Origin: Escherichia coli | GTDB taxonomy: Bacteria > Pseudomonadota > Gammaproteobacteria > Enterobacterales > Enterobacteriaceae | Length of the DNA stretch: 64,000 bases | Assembly: GCF_048403405.1 (NCBI RefSeq) | Contig: NZ_CP183129.1 | Direction: 5' to 3' (one strand) | In this document: positions 21,699 to 33,118 of the stretch, in pieces | How positions within the stretch are numbered: the first letter of the stretch is position 1 | Layout of the letters: every line of letters starts with the position of its first letter | The notes under the pieces: model-generated | Database searches by the model: none | What the model saw: the letters and a program-made list of their open reading frames with translations, nothing else | Told to the model about the DNA's origin: nothing | Position numbers and translations under genes: made by a program

Positions 21699-23092
21699 CG
21701 CAATTTATCTCCTATTAAAAATTCCAGCGCAGCATCAAGGCGAATATGCGGCAGCGGTTTGTCGACATCCATCACCTGCGGACGAAACGCCTCAAACTGG
21801 AAGCCTTGCTTATCCCAGAACGCCTGACCAGGCAAACGTGCGGGAACTTCGCCAGGATAAACAGTGAGCGGTGCGCCATCACTGAGTCGATTACCGCGCA
21901 GCGCCGGGATTTTCTCACCGTTAACATCAATAATGCCGCTGGTGGTCGCCTGAACTGACGCCAGCCCCAGGCAGTCCATGCTGATCCCTTCGAACGCCGC
22001 ATTTTGCCAGGCATCCTGAATTAGTTGTTGCAGTAATGAAACCATATTGGCGTGCTGATCGATGGTCACATGGTCTGCTTTAGTGGCAGCAAACAATAGC
22101 TTATCGATAACCGGCGAAAACAAACGCCGGAACAGGGTTCGCTGCCCGTAGTGGAAACTTTGCATCAGCTGCGTCAGCGCCAGACGCATATCATTAAATG
22201 CCTGTGGCCCACTGTTGAGAGGCTGCAGGCAATCCACCAGCACAATCTGGCGGTCAAAGCGCAGAAAATGATTCTTATAGAACCCCTTCACCACTTTCTC
22301 GCAGTAATAATTAAAGCGCTCGCGCAGCATTCCGGCATTGGTATGCTTATCGGCCTGCGCCAGTTTGGACTCGCCCCAGGCATCGATATCCGGCCACGGG
22401 AAGAATTGCAGCGCGGGTGCTCCTGCCATATCGCCAGGCAAAACAAAGCGTCCTGGCTGAATAAAGTGCAGCCCCTGCTGTTTGCAGTGATGGAGATAAT
22501 CGGTCCACGCGGCGGCAATGTCTGCCAGCCGGTTTTCGTCGGCAGGCGCTAGCGGGTCCAGCCCTTCGCACATCATTCGCCATTTCGCCGACCATTCGCC
22601 GCGCTGACCATTGAGTAAGCCCGTCATCTGGCGCGACCAGCTTAAATAGTCCTGCGCCAGCATCGGCAGGTCGAGCAACCATTCGCCGGGGTAATCCACA
22701 ATTTCCAGATACAGCGTGGAGGTGTCCTTAAAGTGGCGTAGCAGCGAATCGTTCGATTTAAAACGTAACGCCAGGCGAATTTCACTGACGCCGCGCGTAG
22801 GCGTCGGCCAGGCGGGAGGATCGCCATATAACTGCGCCAACCCTTCATCATAGGTGAAGCGCGGAATGCCAAAGTCACGCTGGGGAATGCGTTTTACGCC
22901 CAGCAGGCGCTCTTCACGCACCGCACTTAAAAGCGGCAAACGTGCTCCGGCATGAATATTGAGCAACTGATTAACCATCGCGGTGATAAACGCTGTTTTG
23001 CCGCTGCGACTAAGTCCGGTTACAGCGAGGCGCAGATGTCTGTCGACACCCCGATTCACCAGCGCATTGAGTTCATTTTTAAGTCGCTTCAT
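21695..23092 (-). CDS. ycjX: P-loop NTPase YcjX
   Basis: ORF 21695..23173; start at [12 protein letters not shown] (465 aa); Walker A GLSRSGKT. Confidence 0.85.
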   Translation of the reverse strand: MKRLKNELNALVNRGVDRHLRLAVTGLSRSGKTAFITAMVNQLLNIHAGARLPLLSAVREERLLGVKRIPQRDFGIPRFTYDEGLAQLYGDPPAWPTPTRGVSEIRLALRFKSNDSLLRHFKDTSTLYLEIVDYPGEWLLDLPMLAQDYLSWSRQMTGLLNGQRGEWSAKWRMMCEGLDPLAPADENRLADIAAAWTDYLHHCKQQGLHFIQPGRFVLPGDMAGAPALQFFPWPDIDAWGESKLAQADKHTNAGMLRERFNYYCEKVVKGFYKNHFLRFDRQIVLVDCLQPLNSGPQAFNDMRLALTQLMQSFHYGQRTLFRRLFSPVIDKLLFAATKADHVTIDQHANMVSLLQQLIQDAWQNAAFEGISMDCLGLASVQATTSGIIDVNGEKIPALRGNRLSDGAPLTVYPGEVPARLPGQAFWDKQGFQFEAFRPQVMDVDKPLPHIRLDAALEFLIGDKLR

Positions 23093-23246
23093 TGCTGTCC
23101 TGTGCTGCTCTGAAGACCAGAAAAAAATCATTCGTAAGGATATGAATGTGGGGGCCAGGCCATTGATTATCAACTGCCCGTGTTGTCATCGACGGGCGAA
23201 CTCCATAAGATGTGCAACATTCACGTTCGGACGGAGTTCCTGACCT

Positions 23247-24245
23247 ATGTCCCCTACTATTTATGATATTGCCAGGGTTGCAGGCGTATCAAAATCCACC
23301 GTATCACGCGTGCTGAATAAGCAAACCAATATCTCCCCGGAAGCGCGCGAAAAAGTGTTACGGGCCATTGAAGAATTACAGTATCAACCAAACAAGCTGG
23401 CACGCGCGCTGACCTCTTCGGGTTTTGATGCCATTATGGTGATTTCTACCCGTTCGACCAAAACTACGGCGGGTAATCCGTTTTTCTCGGAAGTTTTACA
23501 TGCCATCACCGCCAAAGCTGAAGAAGAAGGTTTCGACGTGATATTGCAGACGTCGCACAACCTGGCAGAAGACTTACAAAAATGCGAAAGCAAAATTAAG
23601 CAGAAAATGATTAAAGGCATTATTATGCTAAGTTCGCCAGCGGATGAGTCATTTTTTGCCCAACTCGATAAATATGATATTCCGGTGGTGGTAATTGGCA
23701 AAGTTGAAGGTCAATATGCCCATGTTTATTCTGTCGATACCGATAATTTTGGCGACAGCATTGCGTTGACCGATGCGTTAATTGAAAGTGGGCATCAAAA
23801 TATTGCCTGCCTGCATGCTCCGCTTGATGTCCATGTTTCGGTTGACCGCGTTAATGGCTATAAGCAAAGTCTGGCTGCGCATAATATTGCAGTGCGTGAT
23901 GAATGGATTGTTGACGGCGGTTATACCCATGAAACAGCCTTGCAAGCCGCACGGCAATTATTAAGCCAGTCGCCGTTGCCAGAAGCCGTATTTGCCACTG
24001 ACAGCCTGAAATTAATGAGCATTTATCGTGCGGCAGCAGAGAAAAATATTGCTATTCCGCAGCAGTTAGCGGTGGTGGGTTATAGCAATGAAACGCTGTC
24101 ATTTATTTTAACGCCTGCACCGGGCGGCATCGATGTTCCGACGCAGGAGTTAGGGCAACAAAGCTGCGAGTTATTATTCCGCTTAATTTCTGGAAAACCG
24201 TCACCACAGAATATTACCGTTGCCACGCATATGACGCTGAAATAA
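23247..24245 (+). CDS. ycjW: LacI-family transcriptional regulator YcjW
   Basis: 332-aa ORF; N-terminal LacI HTH ([20 protein letters not shown]) and periplasmic-binding-protein-like sugar domain. Confidence 0.88.
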   Translation: MSPTIYDIARVAGVSKSTVSRVLNKQTNISPEAREKVLRAIEELQYQPNKLARALTSSGFDAIMVISTRSTKTTAGNPFFSEVLHAITAKAEEEGFDVILQTSHNLAEDLQKCESKIKQKMIKGIIMLSSPADESFFAQLDKYDIPVVVIGKVEGQYAHVYSVDTDNFGDSIALTDALIESGHQNIACLHAPLDVHVSVDRVNGYKQSLAAHNIAVRDEWIVDGGYTHETALQAARQLLSQSPLPEAVFATDSLKLMSIYRAAAEKNIAIPQQLAVVGYSNETLSFILTPAPGGIDVPTQELGQQSCELLFRLISGKPSPQNITVATHMTLK

Positions 24246-24259
24246 ATACCAGCTACCTT

Positions 24260-24342
24260 GCCTGAATGCCGGATGCGATGCTAGCGCATCTTATCCGGCC
24301 TACATTTATAGATCGGATAAAGTACTCGCGCCGCATCCGGCA
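24260..24342. repeat. REP pair (BIME-like) between ycjW and ompG
   Basis: Two inverted REP-like palindromes (GCCGGATGCG...CATCTTATCCGGCC and GATCGGATAAAG...GCCGCATCCGGC). Confidence 0.75.
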
Positions 24343-24355
24343 ATTTAACCCATTA

Positions 24356-25261
24356 TCAGAACGAGTAATTTACGCCGACACCTGCATAATGGAATTTATC
24401 GCTGTCGCCTTCGTCGTGATCCTGCCACTCAAACGCGTATTCCAGCGAAACGGAAAGACCATTCTGGAAATCATAACCGTAAAATAACCCCACACGGTTA
24501 AAATCATGGCCTTCACGTTCAATATCATCCTGCCAGTCCCAGTTACTCCAGCGATCCAGCCCAATGCGCGTATACGGCGTCACCGAGTGGTTGCCGAGCG
24601 TCAGCGGCAAATAGGCACGAATTTCTTGCGTGGAAAACTCACCGTTATTGCGGCTGTCGTCCATATTGAAGCCGCGCTCGAGATAATAGTTCACTCGCAA
24701 AGCAACCGTTTCGTTGAAGGTATATTGCAGACCTGTTTCCGTTTCGACTCGGGTATCAGCGTAACCGGTCGTGTTCAGATCGTTGGCAAATTTATACATC
24801 GATAACCAACCGTTGAAACGTAAATCGTCAGTCAGTTTCACATCCCAGTCTGGCGCGATTTTCCAGCGCTGCATATTCGCCGTGTCTTTACCCGGTTCAT
24901 CAACGTAGTGATAACCATAATTACGAAAACCGCCGGTCAGGCCGAAACTGAAATCATCGCTTTCGAGGAACTGATAATGCACCTCCAGCTCCGGGCGATC
25001 AAACCATGTTCCACGTTTACCCGCGCTATAATCTACCGGCCCTTCCTGATAATAAGCCAGAGAAATTCTCCACGGCCCGTTGGCGGCATTAAAATAGACA
25101 GAAGGCTCCGCGAGCCCATCCATATCTTCGCCATAACCCTCGACGTTTTCTATTTCGTACATCGCGCCGATATTAAAGTGCCAGTCGTTCTTTTCCTCGG
25201 CCTGTGCGCAGGCCATTCCCGCACACATCACCAGTGCGGTACAGGGTAATAACTTTTTCAT
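24356..25261 (-). CDS. ompG: Outer-membrane porin OmpG
   Basis: 301-aa ORF with signal peptide and beta-barrel pattern ending in an aromatic residue (..YSF). Confidence 0.9.
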   Translation of the reverse strand: MKKLLPCTALVMCAGMACAQAEEKNDWHFNIGAMYEIENVEGYGEDMDGLAEPSVYFNAANGPWRISLAYYQEGPVDYSAGKRGTWFDRPELEVHYQFLESDDFSFGLTGGFRNYGYHYVDEPGKDTANMQRWKIAPDWDVKLTDDLRFNGWLSMYKFANDLNTTGYADTRVETETGLQYTFNETVALRVNYYLERGFNMDDSRNNGEFSTQEIRAYLPLTLGNHSVTPYTRIGLDRWSNWDWQDDIEREGHDFNRVGLFYGYDFQNGLSVSLEYAFEWQDHDEGDSDKFHYAGVGVNYSF

Positions 25262-25305
25262 TATTGTTCCTTGTATTATCCTGGGGGAATGCCTTCCCCC
25301 TGTAT

Positions 25306-26388
25306 TTAGCGAATTGCTATTTCCGTTTCTGCATCAAAGAAATGACATTTAGTCATATCAAAATGAATAGTGATATTTTCTCCTGCATGATAATCATTTA
25401 ACGCACCAGCACGGACCACTAACTCGTGCCCCCCAACCGTGGTGTAGAGCATAAATTCCGCACCGGTTAATTCTGCCACGCTAATTTTGGCGGAAATGTT
25501 ATTTTCCTCTTGCGCGTCCGGATGAATATCTTCCGGGCGTATTCCCATCACGATGGGCTTATGCAAACTTTCCTGTGTTTTCAGAACCGCTAATTTCTCT
25601 TCGGGAATGGTTAATTTAAGCGTTTCAGTAACGAATTTATCGCCATCGATCGTGCCGCGAATAAAATTCATCGCCGGTGATCCAATAAATCCGGCAACAA
25701 ACATATTCGCGGGTTGGTTATAAACCGTTTTCGGCGCACCTACTTGCTGAACAATCCCATCCTTCATAATCACAATCCGCGTCGCCATGGTCATCGCTTC
25801 GGTCTGATCGTGGGTCACGTAGATCATGGTGGTGTTCAGTTTCTGATGCAGCTTGCTGATCTCTGCGCGCATTTGTACGCGCAGCTTGGCATCAAGGTTA
25901 GAGAGCGGTTCATCCATTAAAAACACGCCCGCTTCGCGCACAATCGCCCGCCCGAGCGCCACACGCTGGCGTTGCCCGCCAGAAAGCGCCCCCGGCTTGC
26001 GTTTCAGGTACTCACGCAGGCCGAGAATTTGCGCCGCCCAGTTCACCCGCTCATCAATCACCTCTTTGGCGATTTTTTGCATCTTCAGGCCAAACGCCAT
26101 GTTGTCGTAGACCGTCATATGCGGATACAGCGCGTAGTTCTGGAACACCATCGCAATATTGCGCGCTTTGGCTGGAACGTCATTCATTCGTTTGCCGTCG
26201 ATCAACAGATCGCCGCCGCTGATCTCCTCAAGCCCGGCAATCATGCGCAGGGTGGTCGATTTACCGCAGCCTGACGGACCGACAAAGACAATGAACTCTT
26301 TATCGGCAATTTCCAGGTTGAAGTCCTTCACCACATGCACCTGGTTATCGTAGATTTTTTGAATATGTTGTAACGAAAGCTGAGCCAT
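25306..26388 (-). CDS. ycjV: ABC transporter ATP-binding protein (MalK-like), apparently intact
   Basis: 360-aa ORF; Walker A GPSGCGKST, signature LSGGQRQR, Walker B, C-terminal regulatory domain. Confidence 0.85.
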   Translation of the reverse strand: MAQLSLQHIQKIYDNQVHVVKDFNLEIADKEFIVFVGPSGCGKSTTLRMIAGLEEISGGDLLIDGKRMNDVPAKARNIAMVFQNYALYPHMTVYDNMAFGLKMQKIAKEVIDERVNWAAQILGLREYLKRKPGALSGGQRQRVALGRAIVREAGVFLMDEPLSNLDAKLRVQMRAEISKLHQKLNTTMIYVTHDQTEAMTMATRIVIMKDGIVQQVGAPKTVYNQPANMFVAGFIGSPAMNFIRGTIDGDKFVTETLKLTIPEEKLAVLKTQESLHKPIVMGIRPEDIHPDAQEENNISAKISVAELTGAEFMLYTTVGGHELVVRAGALNDYHAGENITIHFDMTKCHFFDAETEIAIR

Positions 26389-26401
26389 GTTGATTCCTTT
26401 G

Positions 26402-27061
26402 CTATACGTTTTGCCAGAAGGCCGATAACCGCGGCCAGGTCAGGGAGTCCGTTGAGGGCAACAATAATTGCGCCCCGGTTAAGCCCGCGCCGATCCCCAC
26501 CGAGCGCATACCGCTGGCGTTAATGGCGTCAATGCCCGCCTGCGCATCTTCAATACCGATACATGCCTGCGGCGGCACGCCCAGTCCGGCACAGGCGGCG
26601 AGAAAGATTTCCGGGTCCGGTTTCGAGTTTTTAAGTTGGGAAGCGTCCGCGCAGAAGGTGAAAAACTCGCGCAGCTCCAGCGCTGCTAAAATCGTCGGCG
26701 CATTCAGGGAGACAGAAGCCAGCCCTATAGGGATCTGCTGTGCGCAGAGATCTGTCAGCAAAGAGCGAATGCCGGGCAGCACAGCATTAACCGTCAGTTT
26801 GCGCAGTGAGTGGACGTAGAGCAGATTTTTGCGATACGCCAGTTGCGCCCTTTCCTGCGGGTTAAAGTCGCCCTCTTTGCCCCCGTGTTGCAGAATGCGT
26901 CGCAGAGACTCATCGCGGCTGATCCCTTTTAGGGATTCGTTAAACTGCGCATCAATGCTGATGCCAATTTCAGCGGCAATCTGCTGCCACGCCTTGAAAT
27001 GCAGATGCGCGGTATCGGTGATTACACCATCCAGATCGAAAATTACCCCTTGCAGTTTCAT
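26402..27061 (-). CDS. ycjU: Beta-phosphoglucomutase (HAD superfamily)
   Basis: 219-aa ORF; HAD motif [10 protein letters not shown]. Confidence 0.88.
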   Translation of the reverse strand: MKLQGVIFDLDGVITDTAHLHFKAWQQIAAEIGISIDAQFNESLKGISRDESLRRILQHGGKEGDFNPQERAQLAYRKNLLYVHSLRKLTVNAVLPGIRSLLTDLCAQQIPIGLASVSLNAPTILAALELREFFTFCADASQLKNSKPDPEIFLAACAGLGVPPQACIGIEDAQAGIDAINASGMRSVGIGAGLTGAQLLLPSTDSLTWPRLSAFWQNV

Positions 27062-29325
27062 TCATCCTCCTGATGCGTGGTAGCGGTCCCATTGAAGGGC
27101 AAAATAAAATCACCCAAACAGAAAACAGATTCTTCAGCCACAGATATAAGCTGCCCGTTCAAACGCAGTGAAACGGGCGCAGAAGTTCGAATCGCAATAC
27201 GCTGCGCGTCGAGAGTGACCTGTAATTCGCAGCCCTGCCAGAACAGAGGGAAAGACAACTGTTGCCACTGCACAGGTAACGCCGGATTCAAATTTAATTC
27301 ACCGTCACGCACGCTCACCCCGGCAAAACCCTGAATCGCCCCCAGCCAGATAGCGCCAGTTGCGGCAGCATGGATACCGTCGTCGCAGCTATGCGGGTCA
27401 GCACCGAGATCGATTTCAGTCCCCTCCCGCCAGAACTGATAACTTTGCGCCAACAGGCCACAGCGTGCGGCAACAATGCCGTGGATCGCTTTACTCAGTG
27501 AAGAGTCGTGAATGGTGCGCGGTTCATAAAATTGCAGATTGGCAAGACACGATGCCGCTGAGTACTGCTCCGGCAGCATGTAATTGAGCATCACCACATC
27601 AGCTTGTTTGAGGATCTGCATCTCGTTCACTTCTGCGCGTGAATAATCCAGCAGAATGGTTTGCTTCCCCGCCGCCGCTTTGTATTTCGCCAGATTAATC
27701 GCTGGTTTCGCCATAAACGAATCATCCTGCGGCAAAACGCCGTCGGGCTGAATTTCTGGCAGCCGCAGTTCTTTAAGGAACATTTCGGCGCGATGGATAA
27801 ACGCATCGTCGCTACAGCCAAATTGACGAGCGATGTTCAGCGCCTGCTGGACGTTGTAATACGCCATATAGCTGGTGAAGGCGTTATTATTGACATGTTC
27901 GGTATATTCGTCTGGCCCAATAACATCATGAATTTCCAGACGGTCGTTAACCCTCACCGTGCGGCTAATCCAGAACTTTGCAGTTTCCAGAAGTAGCGCC
28001 ATGCCTTCATGAGCAATGAAACTTTCATCCCCCGTGGTCTGCCAGTATTGAACAACCGCCCAGGCGATATCGGCGACCAGATGATGTTCCGCCTGCGCCG
28101 AGGCCACTTTTTGCCGCAGCCCGGTGCGAATGTTAATGGCGGCAAATTCCGGCGTCTCTTCTTCGCCGCTGCGCGCGCTTTCCCACGGAAATAGCGCGCC
28201 CTGCCAGCCGTTGCGTCGCGCTTTCTCCTGCGCGCCTGGCAAGTTGTGCCAGCGATAACGCAGTAAACTTCTGGCAATCGTCGGTTCGCTAAACAGATGG
28301 AACGGCAGTAAAAATACTTCCGTATCCCAGAAAACGTGGCCTTTGTAGCCTTCCCCGGTCAAACCTTTTGCCGCAATACTGCTGCGCTCGTCGTGAGCAG
28401 GCGTCATGATGCATAGGTGATAAAGCGCATAATCTAACGCTTGCTGATCGTGCGCATCGCCACCGTTTACCGTGATACGACGTTTCTGCCACCATTGACG
28501 CCAGTTTTCTGTGGATGCTGCAAGAAGTTGGTCGTAACTCTGCTGTACACACATTTCAAGCTGACGAAGCGACGCACTGCCCCACTCGTCTAAAGCGACG
28601 TGCCTGTCATCCCGCCAGTCGATCCACACCAGTTTTTGCAGCGTCAGCGTTTCGCCTGCGTGAAGTTGCGCACTGGTATGTTGCAGCAAGCGGCGCTCTT
28701 TGGCGGTATAGCATTGCTGCACATCACCGCTCACCTTACAGCAACAGCTGATGGCCACATCACTGCGCCCATCCTGGGTGGTGTAGATCCCCTGCATCAA
28801 ATGCTGACCAAACACCCGCACCTGGGTTTCGTCGAGATGCTGGCGACCGTGGTTGGTTTGCGTGGCGTCAATGCCTGTTGAAATCAGCACTGACGCGTCA
28901 GCGTCCAGCGGCGTAATGCTGATTTCCAGCGCCATCAGCGGCAGTTGTTCTGCCGAAACAAAGCGACGGCTGGCAATGGCATAACGTGCGCCGCTGGCTG
29001 AAGACCAGACGACATTGCGACGTAATTCTCCACTGGCGAAGTCAAGCTCGCGCTGCCACGTTTCGCGGGATAGCGCAAAAAGTTCACCATTCAAGGTAAT
29101 CTCCATCCCTATGACGTCAGGCAGGTTCACCAGTTCGTTGATGTCATTTTTCCCCGCGCGATGATAAAGCCCCGCCAGATACATACCGCGTGTCTGGCGC
29201 GTATAATCTTCTTCATGGCTGGCGCGAAGCCCAAGATAGCCGTTCCCCTGCGCCATCAGCGAAGCATACTTGTTCAGGGTATGCTGGCTGAAATGGGGTT
29301 CCGTTAACGTTACTGGCCTGATCAT
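27058..29325 (-). CDS. ycjT: Glycoside hydrolase family 65 phosphorylase (kojibiose phosphorylase-type)
   Basis: 755-aa ORF; start overlaps ycjS stop, stop overlaps ycjU start. Confidence 0.85.
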   Translation of the reverse strand: MIRPVTLTEPHFSQHTLNKYASLMAQGNGYLGLRASHEEDYTRQTRGMYLAGLYHRAGKNDINELVNLPDVIGMEITLNGELFALSRETWQRELDFASGELRRNVVWSSASGARYAIASRRFVSAEQLPLMALEISITPLDADASVLISTGIDATQTNHGRQHLDETQVRVFGQHLMQGIYTTQDGRSDVAISCCCKVSGDVQQCYTAKERRLLQHTSAQLHAGETLTLQKLVWIDWRDDRHVALDEWGSASLRQLEMCVQQSYDQLLAASTENWRQWWQKRRITVNGGDAHDQQALDYALYHLCIMTPAHDERSSIAAKGLTGEGYKGHVFWDTEVFLLPFHLFSEPTIARSLLRYRWHNLPGAQEKARRNGWQGALFPWESARSGEEETPEFAAINIRTGLRQKVASAQAEHHLVADIAWAVVQYWQTTGDESFIAHEGMALLLETAKFWISRTVRVNDRLEIHDVIGPDEYTEHVNNNAFTSYMAYYNVQQALNIARQFGCSDDAFIHRAEMFLKELRLPEIQPDGVLPQDDSFMAKPAINLAKYKAAAGKQTILLDYSRAEVNEMQILKQADVVMLNYMLPEQYSAASCLANLQFYEPRTIHDSSLSKAIHGIVAARCGLLAQSYQFWREGTEIDLGADPHSCDDGIHAAATGAIWLGAIQGFAGVSVRDGELNLNPALPVQWQQLSFPLFWQGCELQVTLDAQRIAIRTSAPVSLRLNGQLISVAEESVFCLGDFILPFNGTATTHQEDE

Positions 29326-30377
29326 AATTCCACACGCGTCCCTGTTTCTGCGGATTGATACAACGCCGCCACCAGTTGCTGGATGATGTACCCCTGCTCG
29401 GCGTCGGCTATCATCACGGGCTTGCCCTGTACGTGATTAATAAAGGCTTCCATGCTGCGCAAATGGCGATTGTCGTCTGCCATTTCCCGCTGCATCAGCG
29501 TCATCAATTCACCGTTGTTATCGGTGTAGATATGTGCTGGAAACAGCGTTGCACCAGCTTTATCACCACAAAAGCTGACGTTCATAATCGACTGTTCGCG
29601 GATGTTGAGTGCAAATGACGTTTCCAGCCACAGAATGCCGCCGTTATGAAATTCAATGGTGCCAAATAACGAATCTTCGACGCTGTAAGTTGCCGGATCC
29701 CACTCGCCAAATTGACCACAGCTCTTTTGTGTGCCGATCTTTTGAAAGCTATGCGCGGTCACGCTTTTCACCGCCGGAAAGCCCAGTACATACATCGCCG
29801 CATCCAGCATATGAATGCCGATGTCGATCAGCGGCCCGCCGCCCTGCAATTCTTTATTGGTAAAAACGCCCCAGCCGGGAACGCCGCAGCGACGCAGGGC
29901 GCGGGCGGTGGTAACGTAAATCTCTCCCAAAACGCCGTTGGTCACCTGTTCACGCAGCTGTTGCGTATCGAGTGCAAAACGATGGTGAAAGTCGTAGGCC
30001 AGCACCTTGCCCTGTTTGCGCGCGGTATCGCACATTTCCCGCGCCTGTTCTGGCGTCATGGCGGGCGGTTTTTCGCACATCACATGGCAGCCCGCTTCCA
30101 GTGCCATCAGGGTATGTTCGTAATGAAAACGGTTAGGTGAGCAGACGCTAACCACATCAGGTTTCACCGCCAGCAGCATGGCCTGCGGATCGTCCCACAC
30201 GGATGCATTCCCGTATTTTTCTGCCAGCGCCTGCGCCTGGGAAAGGCAGCTGTCACAGACAGCCACCAGTTCCAGATCGTTGCGGGTGCAGTAGTACGAA
30301 GCATGAACCTTATCCGCCACCTGGCCTGCGCCTATTATCGCGACCCGCAGCGGAGAGCTTGTCATTGCACTTTTCAC
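29322..30377 (-). CDS. ycjS: Gfo/Idh/MocA-family NAD-dependent sugar oxidoreductase
   Basis: 351-aa ORF; N-terminal Rossmann motif (IIGAGQVA). Confidence 0.85.
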   Translation of the reverse strand: MKSAMTSSPLRVAIIGAGQVADKVHASYYCTRNDLELVAVCDSCLSQAQALAEKYGNASVWDDPQAMLLAVKPDVVSVCSPNRFHYEHTLMALEAGCHVMCEKPPAMTPEQAREMCDTARKQGKVLAYDFHHRFALDTQQLREQVTNGVLGEIYVTTARALRRCGVPGWGVFTNKELQGGGPLIDIGIHMLDAAMYVLGFPAVKSVTAHSFQKIGTQKSCGQFGEWDPATYSVEDSLFGTIEFHNGGILWLETSFALNIREQSIMNVSFCGDKAGATLFPAHIYTDNNGELMTLMQREMADDNRHLRSMEAFINHVQGKPVMIADAEQGYIIQQLVAALYQSAETGTRVEL

Positions 30378-30386
30378 AAAGACCTC

Positions 30387-31175
30387 TTAGCAGGTACGCA
30401 ACCAGGCCAACGAATCACGGTACGCCTGGGCAGGATCTTCCGCCCGGATACGCCCTTCGTACACTACATAGCCCTGATAGTTATCCGCGCGCAGCTGTTC
30501 AAACAGCGCGTGGAAATCGAGGGTGCCGCTGCCCGGCTGGTAGCGATGGTTATCCGCAATATGCACATGACCGAGCAGGTCGCGGTTGTCATGCAGCGCC
30601 TGCGCCAGGTTATCTTCTTCGATATTCATGTGATAGAAATCGCCGATAATCTGTACATGTTTAAGATCGTTTTCGACGATGTAACGGCGGGCATCGGCGA
30701 GAGTGTTGATCATATGATCCTGATAGCGGTTTAACGGTTCGAGATACACCACGGTTCCGGTACGCGCGGCGACCTGTTCAAGTACGCGCAGGGAATCACT
30801 CACCATTTTACGATCGCCGTTCAGGCTGCGCGGCGAGGTCATCGGCGGTAAGCGGAAGGTAAACATGCCCCACGCTGCCGGAACGACGATACCCTTACCC
30901 CCCACTTCTGCCAGCGCTTCGAGAATGCGTTCGATCTGCTTTAAGCCATTAAGACGACGCTCTTCAATAAAGTCACCAATCCAGCCGTCATAGCCACCGC
31001 AGGCGGTGGTCACCGGTAAACCGGTTTCTTTAATCGCCGCTTTGACTTCTTCGATGTTGTTGACCAGCAGTTTGCCGTCAATCTCAAAACCATCGAAGCC
31101 CATCTCTTTGATATAACGAAATTTCTCGCGGATATTTTCCGGAAAGAATGCCTGATTCTGTGTGCCTATTTTCAT
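30387..31175 (-). CDS. ycjR: Xylose-isomerase-like TIM-barrel sugar epimerase
   Basis: ORF 30387..31304; start moved to MKIGTQNQAF (31175), downstream of the ycjQ stop, giving 262 aa. Confidence 0.8.
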   Translation of the reverse strand: MKIGTQNQAFFPENIREKFRYIKEMGFDGFEIDGKLLVNNIEEVKAAIKETGLPVTTACGGYDGWIGDFIEERRLNGLKQIERILEALAEVGGKGIVVPAAWGMFTFRLPPMTSPRSLNGDRKMVSDSLRVLEQVAARTGTVVYLEPLNRYQDHMINTLADARRYIVENDLKHVQIIGDFYHMNIEEDNLAQALHDNRDLLGHVHIADNHRYQPGSGTLDFHALFEQLRADNYQGYVVYEGRIRAEDPAQAYRDSLAWLRTC

Positions 31176-31192
31176 TTTTTCATTCCTTTGAA

Positions 31193-32245
31193 TTAAAACG
31201 TAACGCCCATTTTGATGCTCTGTTCCGGATGCTGATCGACATACTGCATGTAGCTTTCCGGGCTCTTGGCAAAGGTCACTACCGGGTCGATTAAATCTTC
31301 GCAATTGAGATAACCGTTCATCAGCAGTTCCCAGCAGGTTTCTTCAATACGCTTACGGCTCCAGCGCGGATAATCCGGGTTCGGTTCGCTGCACGCGCGG
31401 GAGAAAACAATTTTGGCGTTATTGAAATGCGCTTCGCGTCCGAGGTTAAATCCTTCAGCAAATGGTTTGGCAAACGCGACATAGGAGATGGTGCCACCGT
31501 AGGCCAGACCGCGCAGCGCCGATTGCAACGCGTCGGCGTAACCGCTGGTTTCGATAATCACATCGGCACCCTGCTTGCCGGTCAGCGTTTTGATCTCTTT
31601 TCCTACGTCAGTGCCAATGGGGTTAAGGCAGAAATCAGCACCGTGGCGACGGGCAATATCACAGCGATAGGCGATAGGATCGACGCCAATCACCACCGAC
31701 GCGCCAGCGCGTTTCGCCAGTTGGATGGCTATTTGACCAATCGCGCCAAGCCCTACCACCACCACAAAATCACCCACGCGCACGTTGGCATCGCGCACGC
31801 CGCTCATGGCAAACTGCGCCGGGTCGTAACAAACGGCGTTTTTCCACGAGCTGCCTTCCGGCATTTTGCGCAGCTTGTAGTTATTCACCGCGTTAATGAT
31901 GACCGTCTCGGAGAGCGGGCCGTAGCCGCATACGCTGTCGCCCACCGCGTAGTCGGTAACGTCGCTGCCGCACTCGATAATGTCGCCAACCACCATGTTG
32001 CCAAGCTGGAATTTGCCAAACTCAATGCCGCGCGGCGCATCTGCCGGACGCGGAGTGAACATCTGCCATTCGCCGTTAAAGTCTTCATCGATAAACGGGC
32101 TGGCGGCGCGGAAGTCGACCACTTCCGTTCCGTGTTTCGGTGCGCCGAAACGCACGCGGATTTTCACTTCATTGGCTAAAATCGCCCGATCTTCATACTC
32201 AACCAGCGCAGCAACACGCGGTGCTGTGGCTACTAACTTTTTCAT
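31193..32245 (-). CDS. ycjQ: Zinc-dependent alcohol/sugar dehydrogenase (MDR family)
   Basis: 350-aa ORF; GxGxxG NAD motif (VVVGLGAIG) and Zn-binding Cys/His residues. Confidence 0.85.
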   Translation of the reverse strand: MKKLVATAPRVAALVEYEDRAILANEVKIRVRFGAPKHGTEVVDFRAASPFIDEDFNGEWQMFTPRPADAPRGIEFGKFQLGNMVVGDIIECGSDVTDYAVGDSVCGYGPLSETVIINAVNNYKLRKMPEGSSWKNAVCYDPAQFAMSGVRDANVRVGDFVVVVGLGAIGQIAIQLAKRAGASVVIGVDPIAYRCDIARRHGADFCLNPIGTDVGKEIKTLTGKQGADVIIETSGYADALQSALRGLAYGGTISYVAFAKPFAEGFNLGREAHFNNAKIVFSRACSEPNPDYPRWSRKRIEETCWELLMNGYLNCEDLIDPVVTFAKSPESYMQYVDQHPEQSIKMGVTF

Positions 32246-32275
32246 TTAAAACTCCTTGTAAAGAAACTGGCCGCT

Positions 32276-33118
32276 TTAGCCCTTCACGCCACCGGCGGTC
32301 AAACCACTCTTAATAAAACGTTCCGAAAGCGCATACATAATCACCACCGGCAATGCGGTCACCAGTGAGGCCGCCATCATCCGTCCCCAGATGTAATCTG
32401 GCGTACTGAACAGCGCGTTCAGGCCCACCGGTAAGGTGAAATTGCTGGCGCTGGAGAGGAAAATCGACGCAAACAGATAGTCGTTCCACGCCACCATAAA
32501 GCAGTAGACGAACACGGATATCAGCCCGGACATCGCCAACGGCACGGTGATGCGGAAGATAATTTGCAGACGGTTGAGGCCATCCATCATCGCCGCTTCT
32601 TCGATCTCATCGGGGATGGTGTCGAAGTAGCTTTTCAGCATAAACACGGCGGTGGGCAGAGTTTGCGTCACCATGGTGATGATCAGCGCCATCTCGGTGT
32701 CGTAAATGCCCAGCGCGGTGATGATTTTGAACAGCGGCACCACCAGCAAAATGCCAGAGAACATATACACCGTGTAAAAGCTGGCATTGATGGTCATCCG
32801 ACCTTTAAAGCGCAGGCGGGAAAGCGCGTAAGCCCCAAGAATGCCGAGGAATACCGCCACCACGGATGAAACCACCGACACCACCAGACTGTTACGGAAG
32901 TAGTCGACAAACGGGAAAATCATCGGGTTAAAAATGTCGACGTAATGCTCCAGCGTCCACTGCTGCGGCAGCAGCGTAGGATGCAGTGAGATCGCCTCTT
33001 TCGCGCCCTTGAACGAGGTCATCAGCATCACAAAAAATGGAAACAGCGTGATGATGAGAAACAGCGCCAGCCCGCAGTAAAAACCGATGCGACTGAGTGT
33101 GCGTTTATTTGTTGCCAT
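32276..33118 (-). CDS. ycjP: ABC sugar transporter permease
   Basis: 280-aa polytopic membrane protein with permease EAA-type loop. Confidence 0.85.
   Translation of the reverse strand: MATNKRTLSRIGFYCGLALFLIITLFPFFVMLMTSFKGAKEAISLHPTLLPQQWTLEHYVDIFNPMIFPFVDYFRNSLVVSVVSSVVAVFLGILGAYALSRLRFKGRMTINASFYTVYMFSGILLVVPLFKIITALGIYDTEMALIITMVTQTLPTAVFMLKSYFDTIPDEIEEAAMMDGLNRLQIIFRITVPLAMSGLISVFVYCFMVAWNDYLFASIFLSSASNFTLPVGLNALFSTPDYIWGRMMAASLVTALPVVIMYALSERFIKSGLTAGGVKG

Noticed and set aside
21695-23173. Long N-terminal extensions in the ORF-track models of ycjX (492 aa), puuC (527 aa), puuA (498 aa), ycjR (305 aa), ycjG (335 aa) and the TetR-family gene (221 aa)
   Set aside because: The extensions start at upstream in-frame Met or GTG codons without Shine-Dalgarno support and in some cases overlap the neighbouring gene; internal starts give lengths matching family expectations, so they are taken as ORF-finder artefacts, not novel domains.
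31427-32179. 250-aa plus-strand ORF inside ycjQ
   Set aside because: Antisense to ycjQ; Arg/Ala/His-rich composition typical of GC-skewed shadow frames; no start-site signals.
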